Assembly: GCF_037042905.1 (NCBI RefSeq) | Contig: NC_087247.1 | Span: 77,810,001 to 77,874,000 of the forward strand | Length of the DNA: 64,000 nt | Origin: Lytechinus pictus | Taxonomy: Eukaryota | Reading direction: 5' to 3' | In this document: positions 35,541 to 49,827 of the stretch, piece by piece | How positions within the stretch are numbered: position 1 is the stretch's first letter | Layout of the letters: every line of letters starts with the position of its first letter | The notes under the pieces: model-generated | Told to the model about the DNA's origin: nothing | The model's input: the letters and a program-made list of their open reading frames with translations, nothing else | Databases searched by the model: none | Translations under genes and position numbers: made by a program

Positions 35541-37009
35541 AAAATGTCATGTCACTGTATAAAATGTTCGCTCGCACTTCGCGCTCGCGTTGCCTTTTAG
35601 GTGATTTAAATATCTTGCTCAATATGGAGCTTAAAATATTAAATTTAAAAGTCAATATACAAAGCATATTTAAATTAGGAAATCGAACTTTCATTATTTT
35701 GTTTGATTTACACATTGATTTTTAAAAAGTGCTCTGTAAAAATTATGTTTTATCATATTCTGAATATTAGCATTTTCTACTCGCGCAGGTACCTATTATT
35801 TTCCTATATTCCTTAAAGTTCTCAAAATATTCCTATTCTGATTGGTGAGTTATGTATATCTCAATATCAATTTTATAACAAACTACTTAAATCCCGATTT
35901 CATGACAGTTTATCAAATATTACGGCTCGCGATTTCCGCTCGCATTGCTTGTTGAAAATAATTATATGCAACTCATGCATCTTATTCATAATTACAAAAG
36001 TGCTATAAATGTCCAGTTTTCAGGCCATAATATTAACAGGTTTTGCGCTCTCATTAGGCTTATTGGATTAATAAATGAGATATTAATTTAATAATCAAAT
36101 TTTTTCAGACTGGAAAATCGACAAGTTTCATCTAGGAAGAGCTAAGGAAGAGAAATAGGAAATTGGACATCATCATTCATATGATGACATAATGTTCTTT
36201 GAATGCCCCTGTCCTATGTCAAAACTCAAAGTAATAATAATGAAACATATCAGCTCTTTTTTTTAAACATTGATCCCATACCCACCTCACAATTTTCCTA
36301 CAAAGTGCTTGAAAAACAGAGCTTAAATTGACCCTTTTTCAGATCGGAATATCAAATATTTTAAGCTCGCGATTTATTAATTTTCATGATTAAAAAAAGG
36401 GTATTTAGAATGCCAATATTCTAGGTCGAAATATGAAACACGCTTGCGCATGTTAATTCAAATACGCAGCTTGTTCTTATTCAATAGTTACTTTAAAAAT
36501 CATCCAGTTTCGCAGTTGCGCTCGCGTTATAAATGTAAAAAGATTTCCAATTACTCATAATTTTCTTGATTTACAAAACATGAAGAGAGTTTCCCATTTT
36601 TGGTGTAAATCTCGATATTTTCGGCTCGCGCTTCGCATCAATTGTTTAATTATATACTTATCCTTTTCACGATTACAAAAAGTGCTTTCCATTCTTCAGG
36701 TAAAAATGTAAACATTTTCAGCTTGCCCTTTGCGCTCGCATTATTTGATTGTTGAAATAATTATGTAACGCCTTCGTGGCTAACTGCAAGCAGCTGTTAA
36801 GATCCTTTTTTGATCAGATCAAAACGTAAATTAAAAATTTCTGCTCGCGCTTCGCGCTCGCAGTGATGATTTACATCTAATTTAGGATCACAAACATTGC
36901 CTAGAATGTTACAATTTTAGGACGAAATACATGAAATAAAAAATAAGGCTTATGAGATTATTATATGTTTATGTTGATTTAAAAGAATAAAGCTTAGTAG
37001 TGACTTTAA

Positions 37010-37590
37010 AGGGATGGTCCTGTCTGAAAGTATTTATAGCTTAATAAATAGAATAGAATTCAATGAGCGAAATGCCGAAAATTTCATTAAAATCGGATAA
37101 CAAATAACAAAGTTATTGAATTTTAAAGTTTAGCAATATTTTGTGAACATAGTCGTCATGAATATTCATTAGGTGGGCTGATGATGTCACATCTGCACTT
37201 GTTCTTTTGTATTTTATTATATGAAATTAGGTTTATTCAAAAATTTTCCTCCAAGAACTCGAAAAATTGGATTAACACTGACTTTGGGCATTAGATATTT
37301 ATTGCTGCAACTTATTTCATTATAAGGGAGACATATTACTCACACAAGTACGAAATAATGAAAAAAAAATGATTTTATGTAATAACAGAAGAAAACGGAA
37401 AGTGGGGATGTGACATCATAAGCCAACATAATTAACATTCATGACGACTGTTTTCACAAAATATTGCTAAACTTTAAACTTCAATAACTTTATTATTTGT
37501 TATCTGATTTTGATGAAATTTTCGGCATCTTGCTAAGTTAATTCTACTCTATGTATTAAGATATAAATATTTTCAGCCCGGACCATCTCT
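37010..37590. mobile_element. Palindromic MITE with TTAA TSD (Kolobok/piggyBac-like)
   Basis: TTAA|AGGGATGGTCC...GGACCATCTCT|TTAA; ~190-bp inverted arms. Confidence 0.8.
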
Positions 37591-38315
37591 TTAAGGGTTA
37601 CCCCTACAAAGAAACAAACAAAAATCAACTTCGAGCGGCCGATCGGGGAAAACGTGGCTGAAAAAAATCCCTGCCCCCCTATTGGCGAAGCCTGAAATTA
37701 CCCAGGCTCGAATCTATCAGTCTTACCCAAATCCAAAGATATAATATGCATTTGAGAAGGTACTTGGAATAAAATATAAATAATGGAATGTCAACGAACT
37801 CTACATTGGAACGGGTTAGGTTATTATCAGACGAATACGTTAAATCAAATCAAAAGATTATCCAAAAGATTAAAAAGATAATTTCACAGGATCAAAGTTA
37901 AGTGAATTGAGAAGGATTTAGTGGCGCCTTTATATTAGAGCGAAGAGGCTATGATTAAATAACAGCAAATTAACCTCCCCCATCTCTCCCTCTCCCTCTC
38001 TCTCTCCCCCTCCCTCTCTCTCTCTCCCTCATTCTTTCTCTACCTTTCTCTCTTACTCCTTTCTTATCCACTCCTCTCTCTCTCTCTCTTTTTATTTTAT
38101 TTTATTTTTTACAAATATTCGTGAAATATTATTCAGCAAATCAGCCACCTCCCTCGATTCAAATAGTTTAGTAAAATTAGTTTATGACAATAACTTTAGT
38201 GATAATGAATATGTTATTTATAAGGGAAAAAAACAATACTTGCATATTATGCTCAATTAAAACCATGCAATATTACTCGGCATACAAAATGAAATTGTGT
38301 TATTCATTTACTCAC

Positions 38316-38715
38316 CCTTTGTCACATTTTTCTGGAGCTTTGTTTTTCAGCTTTTCTTGCCAGAGTTCAGCTTCCATTTGTTGGGTAAAGAGAATAGCTT
38401 CCTCAAGTTGTTTGTCCCTGCTTTCTCGCAACCAAATCATTTCTTTTACAAGTTTTTTAACTCTTGTCGACTCCTTCTCATTGTAGTCAATACTCCTCGT
38501 TTGTTTATTGCCATCATTGACCATCTCATCACTCTGATTGATTTTTGTAATCTCTACAGTCATAGCGAGGCATTTAGCGTCGCATGTCTGCAGTGCTCTT
38601 CGCATATCTTCTACAACTTCTCGTAGACAGTTGTTTTCTGCTCTTAGAGTAGCCACCTCTTCGTTTCGTGTCAAAATTGGCCTACCGTCTTTTAGTTTGG
38701 AGTAGTGCTCTTCAT
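38316..38715 (-). CDS. EFCC1: EFCC1-like exon 3 (coiled coil)
   Basis: catAG|AT GAA...AAA GG|GTGAG; LRAENNCLREVVEDMRRALQTCDAKCLAM and LRESRDKQLEEAILFTQQMEAEL match recalled CCDC48/EFCC1 motifs. Confidence 0.9.
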
Positions 38716-39690
38716 CTATGAACAAAAATAGTGATTACAAATTGTGATTAAGAACTTATTAGGGTTTCGAATAAATGACAACAAAAGTTTGTTAAGCAAT
38801 TTGGTAAAAATATATTGCAGTAAAAAATAAACCGGAAAGGAATTTATAGGAAATAAGCTGTTTACTACATGAACTTAACAGTAGTTGTTTAACAGTCTAA
38901 ACAACCGTGCTTAATGTAATGATCATAGAATGTTAGAAATCTTGTTTGTTCAAACACTGTCTTGTTTAAGCTGTTAAATAACTACTGCATAAAGTACATT
39001 ATAGTTAAAATCATTGTATAAAATAAATAAGGGAGTATGAAACCCTGGATCAAGAGAGTTTGCATGGAAAAAGAAATAAAAGAAACAAATAAAGGAAAGT
39101 TTGAAAACAATTATCAATGAGAAAGTGATGAGAATTTGAATATTGAGATTATTAATGCTACAGAGATCCTTCATTGGGAATGCGACCATGCGCGATGACG
39201 TAACAGAGGTACAACTCTTCCCTCAGTCTGTACACTAATAATATAACCTAAAGCATTATTTTTTTTCCTAATTCTAATAAAAGTATAAACTCGTTGTCTA
39301 TCACATTTTATGAAACTTCTTTTACATGTCCCCCATAAAGGAAAACACCTGATTATTCGCAGACTTGATAAAAGTGAAGTAATAATGAGTTTATATACAG
39401 CACTCATATTGCTTGCAGTGCAAATGGGACGATGTCCACATTATTGTGATCTCAACATTCAAATTCTTCTAACTTTCTTCTAATTATTTTTAAAAACTTG
39501 TATTGATTTGTTTCATTGATTTTTCTTCTTTTTTACAAGCTAATTTAGGCAGAAAAGTGTTTGAGGTGAATTGCATTAAAAGAGAGAAACAATACGGGTT
39601 ACTTTTTAGAATTAGGGACATGTATACATGCGTTAATTACGCGTAAAACGTAAAATCAGCTATTAAACATTAAAGAAACGTTCAGCTTAC

Positions 39691-40258
39691 CTTTACACAT
39701 GGGTATTTTACCATGCTTGTAGAGTACAGAGTGGAATACTTCTAAAGGAGATCGACAATGAAAGCATTCGGTACACATCTGACGTAACAACAATCCTTTC
39801 CTGTCAGGAATATTGATACCAGCTTCAACCATCTCATCATCAGTTTTCCATCTATTCTCATTTCTTTCATTTTGGTCATCAACCTTGCAACTTTCTTCAC
39901 TTATTTTAGCAAAGATATTGATGAGCCGTGAATGGAAATCTTGAAATCCAATCTCGTCATCATGAATTCCTCTCTCCTTATTCACACTATCTTCATCAGC
40001 TCCTAGAAGCTGACAGAGTATATAAAAGTCATTCCATGAAATAGTTTCTTTTTCTCCACCATCTCTATTTGTATTGGTGATGTGATCCCTGTTGCCAAGG
40101 TGAAAAAATATTTCTTGGATATATTGATCAATGCCAGTAGAGAGGACAATGATTTCATTACTGATGTTTGGTTCTTGAGTCTGATGGCTGTAAGCATGAG
40201 ATAAAGCAATCGTCAACCACTGAGATCGCTGAGTTGAAACAATCATACTTCGGGGCTT
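39691..40258 (-). CDS. EFCC1: EFCC1-like exon 2 (N-terminal EF-hand-like region)
   Basis: tttcAG|AAG...AAA G|GTAAG; RSQWLTIALSHAY...NEIIVLSTGIDQYIQEIFFHL..ISWNDFYILCQLLG..FQDFHSRL matches recalled EFCC1 [34 protein letters not shown]. Confidence 0.9.
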
Positions 40259-40880
40259 CTGAAAAAACAAATAATAACAAAAGAAGAAACCATGGCTATG
40301 AATATATTGAGGTGTTAAAAATCATATGATGAAATTAATGTGAATTTCATTGATATGAACAAAAAAAATTATAAATCTTATCTCTTGTTAGATTATCTCT
40401 CTTGAATATTTGGAAATCAAAATCAGAAGTAAAAGACGAGACAACATTTTATAATTAAGAGAGAGAGAAAGCGAAGCTATATGTAAATGTCGACAAGATC
40501 TTCAGATAGACCTATGGAATTTCATTGCAAGTTTGTTATACAATATTTTCGTAAGTAGTTCATCATTCATTCTCCAGCATCAATCAAATGAAATAATAAT
40601 AATAAAAAAATCCTTAATTTTAAAAAAATCTCATATCGACCCTTCCGAAAATTTACAACCTAATTTATTTGATCCAAATATCTACGGAAATGGTAGTATT
40701 TAATGAGAATATATAGCGTATATTAAAAATATTCAAATAGAGATTACAGCATTACAAAGGTGATGAAAGTGCCAAGATATCAATATTTAATAACGCCAGT
40801 AAAATTCTATCTAAATAGTATTTGAAGGTTGAACTCATTAGGAAGTCTGTTAAAAAGAAATTTGTTGATAACCACATTAC

Positions 40881-41000
40881 CTCAATTGCAGATTGAATTC
40901 CGTTCCTTAAAAAACGTCTGCTTTCATCTTCTGCATGCATTTTACCTTCCTGTTGGGCAAGCATCCACGTTGCACGAGCGATGTTGAACGAATGATGCAT
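40881..41000 (-). CDS. EFCC1: Candidate first coding exon of the EFCC1-like gene
   Basis: ATG at 41000, 40 codons, donor GAG|GTAATG in phase 0 matching exon 2. No homology support; the start could instead be the ATG at 40246. Confidence 0.45.
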
Positions 41001-41179
41001 TCAATCACTGGTTGGTCCCTTGGTATATCATCATCCACTCATCGCCCCCACCCCATAACACTCCCTCTTATGCCACCCCTCTCCCCTCACTCTTTCCTTG
41101 TCAATGGCTCTTCTGCTTGATTGCCTTACTCATTACCCCACTTTCTCTTGCAAGGTTCCAAACTCTCTCTTTCTAAAGA

Positions 41180-41874
41180 TTTATTGCCATTTCGTTCACT
41201 CGTCACATGATCTAATTTCATTTCGTTTCAGTTAATCTACTATCTACATAGTCTAATTACCATTTTGTCCAATCCCATTTCGCCTAATAGCCAGTTGGTC
41301 TTATGGCCATTTCGTCTTTTAGGCCTATCATTAATTTTGGTTCAATTGTATTTTTGCCAATAGGCCAATAGCCACTTGTCTACTATCATTACGTCTATTA
41401 CCTACTGGTCTAATAGCCAATCTCCTTTTTATCTATTTTTGTTATATGAAAATGCTGGTTATAATTTATCTTAAAAAGATATTGTCTTTCATCTGTTTAC
41501 CGTATTTTGCTATCGTTATACATACACATCTATTTTTTTTTTATTAGAATGACAATTCAAAATAAAAGGACCATTGTTTTTACCATTCAATACTTCCCAT
41601 ATCTTAACCCCCCCCCTTCCCTCTCTGTGCCGTTGAACTTGAATGAACTAATAAATGAACAATTTGGCAATAGATGAAATGGCTTTAGGCAAAATGATTG
41701 TAAACGAATCGGTTATTAAACCAACTGGTGATTAGGCTAAATGGATAATGGACAAAATGATAACTGGACCAAAAGGATGGTAGACGAAATGTTGGACAAA
41801 ATGGCATGAGACAAAATGAAGGTAGACCATGTGGTGAGTGGACGGGACTGGAGTAGACGAATTGGCAATTTACC
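41180..41874. mobile_element. MITE with TTGGTCTA/TAGAC-type subrepeats in inverted arms
   Basis: Right end GTAGACGAATTGGCAATTTACC; degenerate left end ATTGCCATTTCGT. Confidence 0.5.
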
Positions 41875-44800
41875 TTCATACATACGTACATGTACTGTAT
41901 TTACAACCCAATAACTTTTTGTTACTTTCACTTTTGGCCAAATGGGCTCCCACTCATCCACAACTAAAGTTAAACTCTATCCTCTCGCAAAATCACCATC
42001 CGCCATCTTTCTTGTACTCGTCATGCGATTTTCGTAATATTTATCATTACGGCTTTATGTGTTTAGTTTCACCAGGGGATCAGAAACAAAAAAACATAAA
42101 GCTATATTCTCCATTGTTAGTATTTAAGTCTTGCAGGAATATTACAATTCAAAATTATGTGAGACGATATTATTGCTTTTATATTTCCTTGATTATGTAT
42201 GTATGAAATTTATTTGAATGAATAATAAAGAACATAAAGAATTTTTCATGGAACGATCTCCCGCCTTCAACTCGGAGGTGTTGCGTCCATAATGGATTCA
42301 TTAAGCTTTATTCGTCCATCACAAATATCGGCAAGATTGGATGGGACGAATTTGGCATTTCCCATATAGGCGCGTATACATTATGAATTTTACGCCCGAT
42401 TATTCCATCGGTTAAATCAGGATATACGGTGATTAGAGTGTGTGAGGTTGAGAGAGGTTAAATATTCCGGTTTATGTGCATGGAAGGGAGAGAGCGAAAT
42501 CGGGTTGAAACATAGTAGGGGAAAGAGAAGGTCTATTTAAAAGTTTTCTTTGTGCTAATGATGACACTTGATATCACTCGTTATCGGGTTTAATGCACTG
42601 GAATCGCTATATTTCGGGTATTTTTGTAATTTTCTTCATGTGAACATAAATAACTCAATGTCACGATATTTCACAAAATGGTGGGGGCACGGGACTGCAT
42701 CGAGCAAATGTCTTCCCAATCTCAAAATATTGTATATTAATAAAAAAAAGTACAATGGCTATTTTCCAGAAGATGCATCTATGGGGGGGGGGGCCAAATA
42801 CCGAAGAACGGAACAAGATTCTTTTTATAAGGAAATAACAAAACACCACCAATTCTCCCCTTTTTATTTTCAATTACAACACGTCGAAAGTGAAAAGAAA
42901 TGTCAACACTCTCTTGATAACACAAAAGTTTAATTAAACAAAGGACCATTACCACGAGAGTCTACTTCATCTTAAAACGGACTGTTCACCAATTTAATAA
43001 AATCTACAGTTCATCGCACACCTTTCTTAATTCCAGTCTGTGCTTCACAATGACCTGAAGCAGTAAATTTGAAACATAAACAAATGCGCGTGTTTTATCA
43101 AGGATTCCATCATTTTGTGTGTGTGCTTTTTTTTAACAAAATAATCCACAGGAATTCCTCGCAAAATATAGCTTTCATTTTTTGTCATGATCAATATTTG
43201 ATTTATTGCTCACCACTGATTAATGGGAGTTCTTAGGAAAATAGGTAACCGTACTTTGATGGACAATTGGGGTAGCTATGACTGGCTATATAATAATGAG
43301 AGTGTTTGTAGTAGATTCATGCTGTGAATAAATGTGTGTGTATGGGTTGGTGTGAGCGGGTGTGTGTGTGTGTGTGTGAAGGAGGGTGGTTGAGTCATAG
43401 CTCTATGGTTGAGTTGTGTAGACTCTGTGAGAGTGTCGGGGCGTATATGTCTCGGTGGGTGTGTGTGGGTGAGGGTAGGGTGTATGCATGGCTGTGCGTT
43501 TTTTAGTGCGTGAGTGTGTACGGGTAGATAATGTACCCATTATATTCATTTTCAATGGCGATTCAACATTTTTTTTAGAAAGAGATCTTTTGATTTTTTA
43601 AGAATAGACAATAATCTCTCAAAAAATTAAATTATCATGTTGTGATCGGAAACTTTTAACTTGTAATACATTACATCAGACTTACAATAGAAATAGTTTT
43701 GATCGATTGACCACACTTGGAATATAATGCTTTATTACGTCAACTTGGCTGTTGATGATAAATAAAATGAACTAAGGCATAATCGAGGATATTCAATGAG
43801 ATGTTAAGATTAATATGCGTAATGCGGTATCTTAAAAAAATAAAATGAAGACAACAACAACAAACATTTGTATAAGAAACAACATTTACATAATTTTGGA
43901 AGAAAATCATAAAATCAATGGTAGACCTAATAATGATGATGATAATAATACAATTATAAACAATGATAATAAAGGATAATACAACCTAGTAAAAATACAT
44001 TTTAACGAAAGGGTAGACAGAAGAAATTTGTAAAAAGTTTCATCAAAATCAATTACGAAATTAAAAGTTATGAAATTTGACTATCCCAGCTTATTTTTGG
44101 GCAACCTCAAATTTGCATTGTTGTTCCAAAGTGATAACTTTGCAGCAATATTCCCCCAATTTTTTCCAAATGCCTAACGTGTTTACATGGACTGAAGATG
44201 TATCATGGTAAAAGTGATTTACATAACACATAAATATAAAAGTTTGGGAACAATACATTTTATGTACTAAACCTGCCATTTTGAAGCAACATTGCCTATC
44301 TGTACATGCCTTGATTTCGTCCAGACTCTATTTCGGTTATGCCCTACCGTTTAAAGGTATATTGTGTCATTGGTTTATTTCAAAACTTTCTTTTTAAATT
44401 AACTCTATGTTTTCCACAATATTTATAAACAAGTTCTGAGTCCATACAATGTATTGTATTGGTTAGAAAGAACTGTTTTTATTCCAATCGCAACTTGTAC
44501 GTTTACAGAAATTGCAGAACAAAGCAGCTCGTATTTGCTCACAAAGCTTGCACCGTTTGCTTATAAGTGAACGTGAAGTTCTGTTTTTAAATCATTGTGT
44601 CCATGGGTCTGCCCCTCTATCATGTATATACACCATGAAAAACTCAGGATATCCTTTGTTTCCTAAGTGAAATAAAATGGGGGGGGGGGGGCGGGGGGCG
44701 AAATTATTTTTCTGGACCAACATGTGAATATTCATGACTTGCGTCTTCGGATTGAGAGTACGCATGCGCGTGGACTTTGCCTCGACCAGTGCAGATCGTA

Positions 44801-44902
44801 AGCATTCACGTTGCTCAGAATGAATTAGCATCGTCAAATTACCGGTACCCTTACATAGTTACATATACATGTATAGGTCTTATAGGCCTAGATCTATATA
44901 TA

Positions 44903-45721
44903 CAGTGCGTCCCACAAAAAACGAAACCGAGATTTATCGATGATTTATCATAACTTAATCGCAAATACAATAGACAAATGACCTACCATTTTAAAGCTTA
45001 GAATCTCCTCTTTCATCTGAAATTACTTAGATTATTTCTCATTCACGCATGAGTGAGCAAAAACAATTTGAAAAGGATATATTAAAAAGTCACTTGGCGG
45101 GCCGTATCTGGGTTTTAAAAAGAAAACCACATTTTTAAAAAGTTCAATATCTGCTCTTTAATTTGATACCTCAATTACAGAAAATGGTCAAGAAATAACA
45201 AAGTTCTGGTTATTTGAAATAAGGCTTGAATTTCAATAATTTCATAAAATGAAGAGGTTTTACAGGATAGCGTTCAAACTCACTCGACACTCCGTTTTGT
45301 TGACGCTCAGCCATGCATTAAGTCTTTTGTTACCGTGCGATAGCTTCAGTGGGAAACCGGTGAAAACACGTTTATTTAATGAAATTATGGAAATACAAGC
45401 ATTGTTTCGAGGGATCGTAACTTTTTTACTACTTGACCATTTTCTGTGATTTAGGTATCAAAGAAAAGAGAAGATATTGAACTTTTTAGTCATGTGATTT
45501 TCTTTTTGAAATTCAGATACCCCCCGCCAAATGAGTTTTTGGCATCCTTTCTTCGAATTGTTTTTGTTCAATCATGCGTGAATGAGGAATAATCTAAGTA
45601 ATACCAGATGAAAGAGGAGATTCTAAACTTTACATTGGTAGGTCATTTGTCTATTTTATTTATGATTAAGTTATGATAAATCATCGCTAAATCTCGGTTT
45701 CGTTTTTTCTGGGACGCACTG
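44903..45721. mobile_element. Tc1/mariner-type palindromic MITE
   Basis: TA|CAGTGCGTCCCA...TGGGACGCACTG|TA; ~300-bp inverted arms. Confidence 0.85.
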
Positions 45722-45815
45722 TATATATATATATCCAATTCTTAAACACTTAATAAACTAGCTGCATTAACTTTACCTCAAATCTGGACCTGTCTAATGA
45801 ATGCCTAGTACTAAT

Positions 45816-48361
45816 CAGTGTTGTAGTGCCTTGATGCTCGGCCTTGGCCTTTAGGCGCCTAAATGCCTAGCTACTTTTTCAAAGCCTTGGCCTTGAGAGG
45901 GCCTTGGCCTTGAGGATTTTGAGCCTTGAAATTTTAAGGCTTTTTCAAGGCATTTTGTATTTTGTACTTTCATTTGTTTTAAATAAGTAATTATAAATGT
46001 TTCAATTGTTTTTTTTTTTATATATTTAATAACACTAATGGTCAATACTACCAATCACCAGTAACAGTAGCAGCAGCAGTAGTAAGTGTACTAGCAGTGT
46101 CATCAATTGTAATTGTCACCATTATCAAGAAATTCAAACAAAGAATACATCAGTTATGAAAAATAGCATTATGTATTGGTAATGTGTTGTAATCATATGA
46201 TGATAATGACAGTAAATAATAATGGTCATGATCAAGATGACAAGAATAATTTTTACATCTGACTGCAATTTTGACAACAATTTTCATACTTTAAACATAT
46301 CTAACTCTAAAGAACGATAACAAGGTTGATTTCTATTCCATTAGGATTTTCCTTGTATTATTTTCTTTAGCCAACAAGAATGTTTTAAGTCTTAATGATA
46401 TTCTGAAAAGATTTGGTAAACTTGAACACAGTCTCCAATTTTGTCATATCCAAATGGGTTATGTCAATGGCATGATGAGCCAGAAACTTTGAGGGGCCAA
46501 GCATGGCATATATAGAGCAAAATTTCTGTCCAAAAAAAGAAGAAAGCGATTGAAGCGAGCGAGTGAACAAAACATGTCCCCCTCTTTCTATAAGAAAAGC
46601 TAATTTTGCAATAGATTGTTTAAAAAAATAATATCACATTTACTCCATCTTTTCCTTTCCCTTTCCCCCTTGTCTAAGTTTATTCTTGGTGGTGGGACTT
46701 CTTCTTCTCTCTATCTCTCTTCTAAATTTTATATTTGTTTTGGGTCAGATTGACAAAACAAAGGGGAAAAATGTTTACTTCTTTTTAATCATATATCGTT
46801 CAACATTGAATCTCATTTCTCTACAGTTTCAAGGAAATAAACAACATATTTGTTTTTGTGTCAATATGGTTTCAAGAAATAATAATAAAAAAAAAAATTA
46901 ATAATTAATAATTATTAATATTATCAATAAGTATTAATAATTAATGATTAATTAACTGTTTAATAAAAGTGGTTGTAAGCAGAAAAAATATGAAAACTGA
47001 CAAGAGTCCTAAAAATGACTCATTTTCAGTTTAAGCATTTGAAAATTTTAGCTTGCGCTTTGTGCTCTCTTGCCCCCCCCCCCAAAAAAAAAAAAATCCC
47101 TGTAGGATTTTTTTTCCAAATGAAATATGCCCTTTTTAAAAAAGAAATACCTTCTTTAATAATAAAACATAATACATTTTAGGTTCGAAAATCACAGATT
47201 TTGAATCGTGCTTGAATCAAGTATTGTTTAGTACAGTACTGCTAATGGTTACAAAAATGTATAGAATGTTGCTTTATGGTTGAAATATCACAAATATTTG
47301 GCTCGCTTCCTGCACTCGCATCAATTATTGTACTCGTTCTCTTCCCGTTCACAAAAAAATGCTTAGAATGTCCAGTTTTCAGGTTGGAATATCACAAATT
47401 TTTGAGCTCGAGCTTTGCGCTCGCATTGTTTTTTATTGGTGAGTTATGTATCTTATTCAAAATGCAGTAATTAACTGCTTCCTTTACTGGTCAGTATATA
47501 AAAAGAATTAGCGAGCGCAAAGTTATTTTTTAGTTAGATACACATCTTTTTCATGATATCAAAACCAGCTCAGAATAAAATAATTTCCATGTCTTATTAC
47601 ACGACATGTCACGAAGTTTGAGCTGGTGATTCGCGCTGGCAACATCGCGCAAGGAAATTTCAACAATGATTAGCCCCATAATTGACCATAAATCAAGTTT
47701 TACAACTTCAGAATTGCTTTGCTTTCTCGCTGAGAAGTAAAACCTAAAGCAAAATATCTATCTTATAATTAAAAATCACTTTAGAAAGCCTTGCTCAACT
47801 TAATTTCTTCACGCAGTTCATAATCTCATTTTGAAAATACATGTATCTGTTTGCACAAAAAAACTCATTTTGAAAAATGGGTGCCTTTTTTACGTTGACC
47901 CCCTCCCCCATAATAATTTTCTGCTGCCCCTGTCCCAGGGAGTGGAGACTGAAACATACGGTACGTTGAGAATGCCAGGATCAGATGACCGTGGTAATAA
48001 TAATTATTGCAATGTAAATCGCCTATAGAAAAATTATGGATTATGTGTACACAGGTAACTATATCATTATTTTAATATGTCTCTATCATGAAATTATTTT
48101 TGTTTTAAATGTACAAAGGTTTTTTTTTCTCGCTCAGTCCCCTCGCTCACATACATTTTACCAGGTGTGATGTCTGCCGCCTAAGTATTGTTAGTTTATT
48201 GTTCTGTATATCGAAAGTTTGAAATGCCTTGGCCTTGAGGTTTTCAGGCCTTGGCCTTGGGTTTCCATGCCTTGGCCTTGGCCTTTGGTATTGAAGCCTT
48301 GGCCTTGGGTATTAAAGCCTTGGCCTTGGCCTTGGAGGTTTGAGCCTTGACTACAGCACTG
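45816..48361. mobile_element. hAT-like non-autonomous element with (GGCCTT)n subterminal repeats
   Basis: TIR CAGTGTTGTAGT / ACTACAGCACTG; GGCCTT arrays at 45840-45930 and 48225-48350; TSD not evident. Confidence 0.6.
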
Positions 48362-49827
48362 AATAGCCGACTAATGCCATGGTTAACTTCGAACTGGTTG
48401 ATTCCGAACTTCACGTTTAATTAGGTTTAGACAAATATTAGCTTATTTGCCATGGTTTTATATGTCTAGTCCGTATACAAAACCAGTCCTAGATCTAAAA
48501 AAAATATCTTTGTTCTAGTCTAGTCTCTATATCTAGACTCCGATCTACGCTGTATCAGCATGGAACCACTATAATTTGACGATGCTAATTCATTCTGAGC
48601 AACGCGCATGCGTACTCTCAATCCGAAGACGCAAGTCATGAATATTCATATGTCGGTCCAGAACTCGGTGGGAAAAATAATTTCGCGGGCGGGGGCTTCT
48701 GTTCATGCTAGGCCCTCACTCTGAAATTATCTCCGTAGACAGATCCGTGATGCCAACTTCGTTGAATTTAAAGTAAAATTGAAGACATATAACCCTGCGT
48801 ATGTATAATTTCATGCTATAAATTGTTTTTCTTTTTCACCTGTGTGCCTTGAACATTTATATCAAAATGGATATAATGACTTAAAATCACAATTATCATC
48901 ATTATCATCATCATCATTATCGTCATCATCATTTGAGGGTCACCATAGAAAACCCACTGAGCCTTTTTAACTTTCCAAGCCTTTTCAATTCGTAACCGAT
49001 TTAACTTTTTTTAATTGATACCTTTATCCTTTCTTTTGATTTAATTGATATTCCCTAAGTTTTGTTTTCTTTTACTGTAACTAACATGACTACAAAAGAG
49101 ACTTATACATTTAAATAGTTTCATAAATGTGGAGCTTATTGAGCACGATTTTTAAAGAATCTATTTTTTTTATGCTGTGGAAAATCATTATTAACAATTC
49201 CTTTTCTACGCATTACCATATATCGTGCAAGTAAATGGAAATTCCTATGATCATGCCCCGAGCTCAAATAAAAAAAGAATCATTTATATTCTTTAGATGA
49301 ATGCAAATGATATCGTCAGTTTAATCATGCACTTTATCATGTTTTTCCTGTATACAAATAACTGAGTGAGTCTCATTCAGCTAAACTGCGTGAGCTTTAT
49401 TTCTAATCGAATTCGAAGTACTCGGAATTCGATGATAATAATCCTCTTCAAAAATATATCATTCTATCGGAACAACCTTCCCCGCCGTATCTTTAAATAA
49501 TTGGTTCAAAATTCCTTTCGATTAATTTCTTATAATAATAATATATCAATGTAGACAAATCGGTCAGAACATATTATAAAACTTCAGTGATAAAAGATAT
49601 GCTAATTTTAATGATATTAGACAAGAAAAATACCCCTTCTCCCTAGTTAGACTTAAACAGCTTCTCCACTCCTGTGGAGTAATCTCATATCTGTTCGATT
49701 TCTGAGAAAGTCCACACTACTTTGTAAGTAACAATAATGCAGAATCTATCTCTCACATTAATTTCGTATGAACATCTGATATCAAAGTTATATTATAAAT
49801 TGGCAAGATTTGATTGTGAAAAGACTA

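Larger units (their letters stand above)
34280..37695. mobile_element. Composite MITE with GCTCGC-rich subrepeats hosting nested elements
   Basis: Both ends carry CCCCTATTGGCG; internal (GC)GCTCGC repeats; right TIR appears eroded, no TSD found. Confidence 0.45.
44698..48686. mobile_element. Element with ~120-140-bp inverted termini hosting nested MITEs
   Basis: 44698-44841 (GCGAAATTATTTTT...GAATATTCATGACTTGCGTCTTCGGATTGAGAGTACGCATGCGCG...AGCATCGTCAAATTA) is the reverse complement of 48572-48686 apart from indels. Confidence 0.7.
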
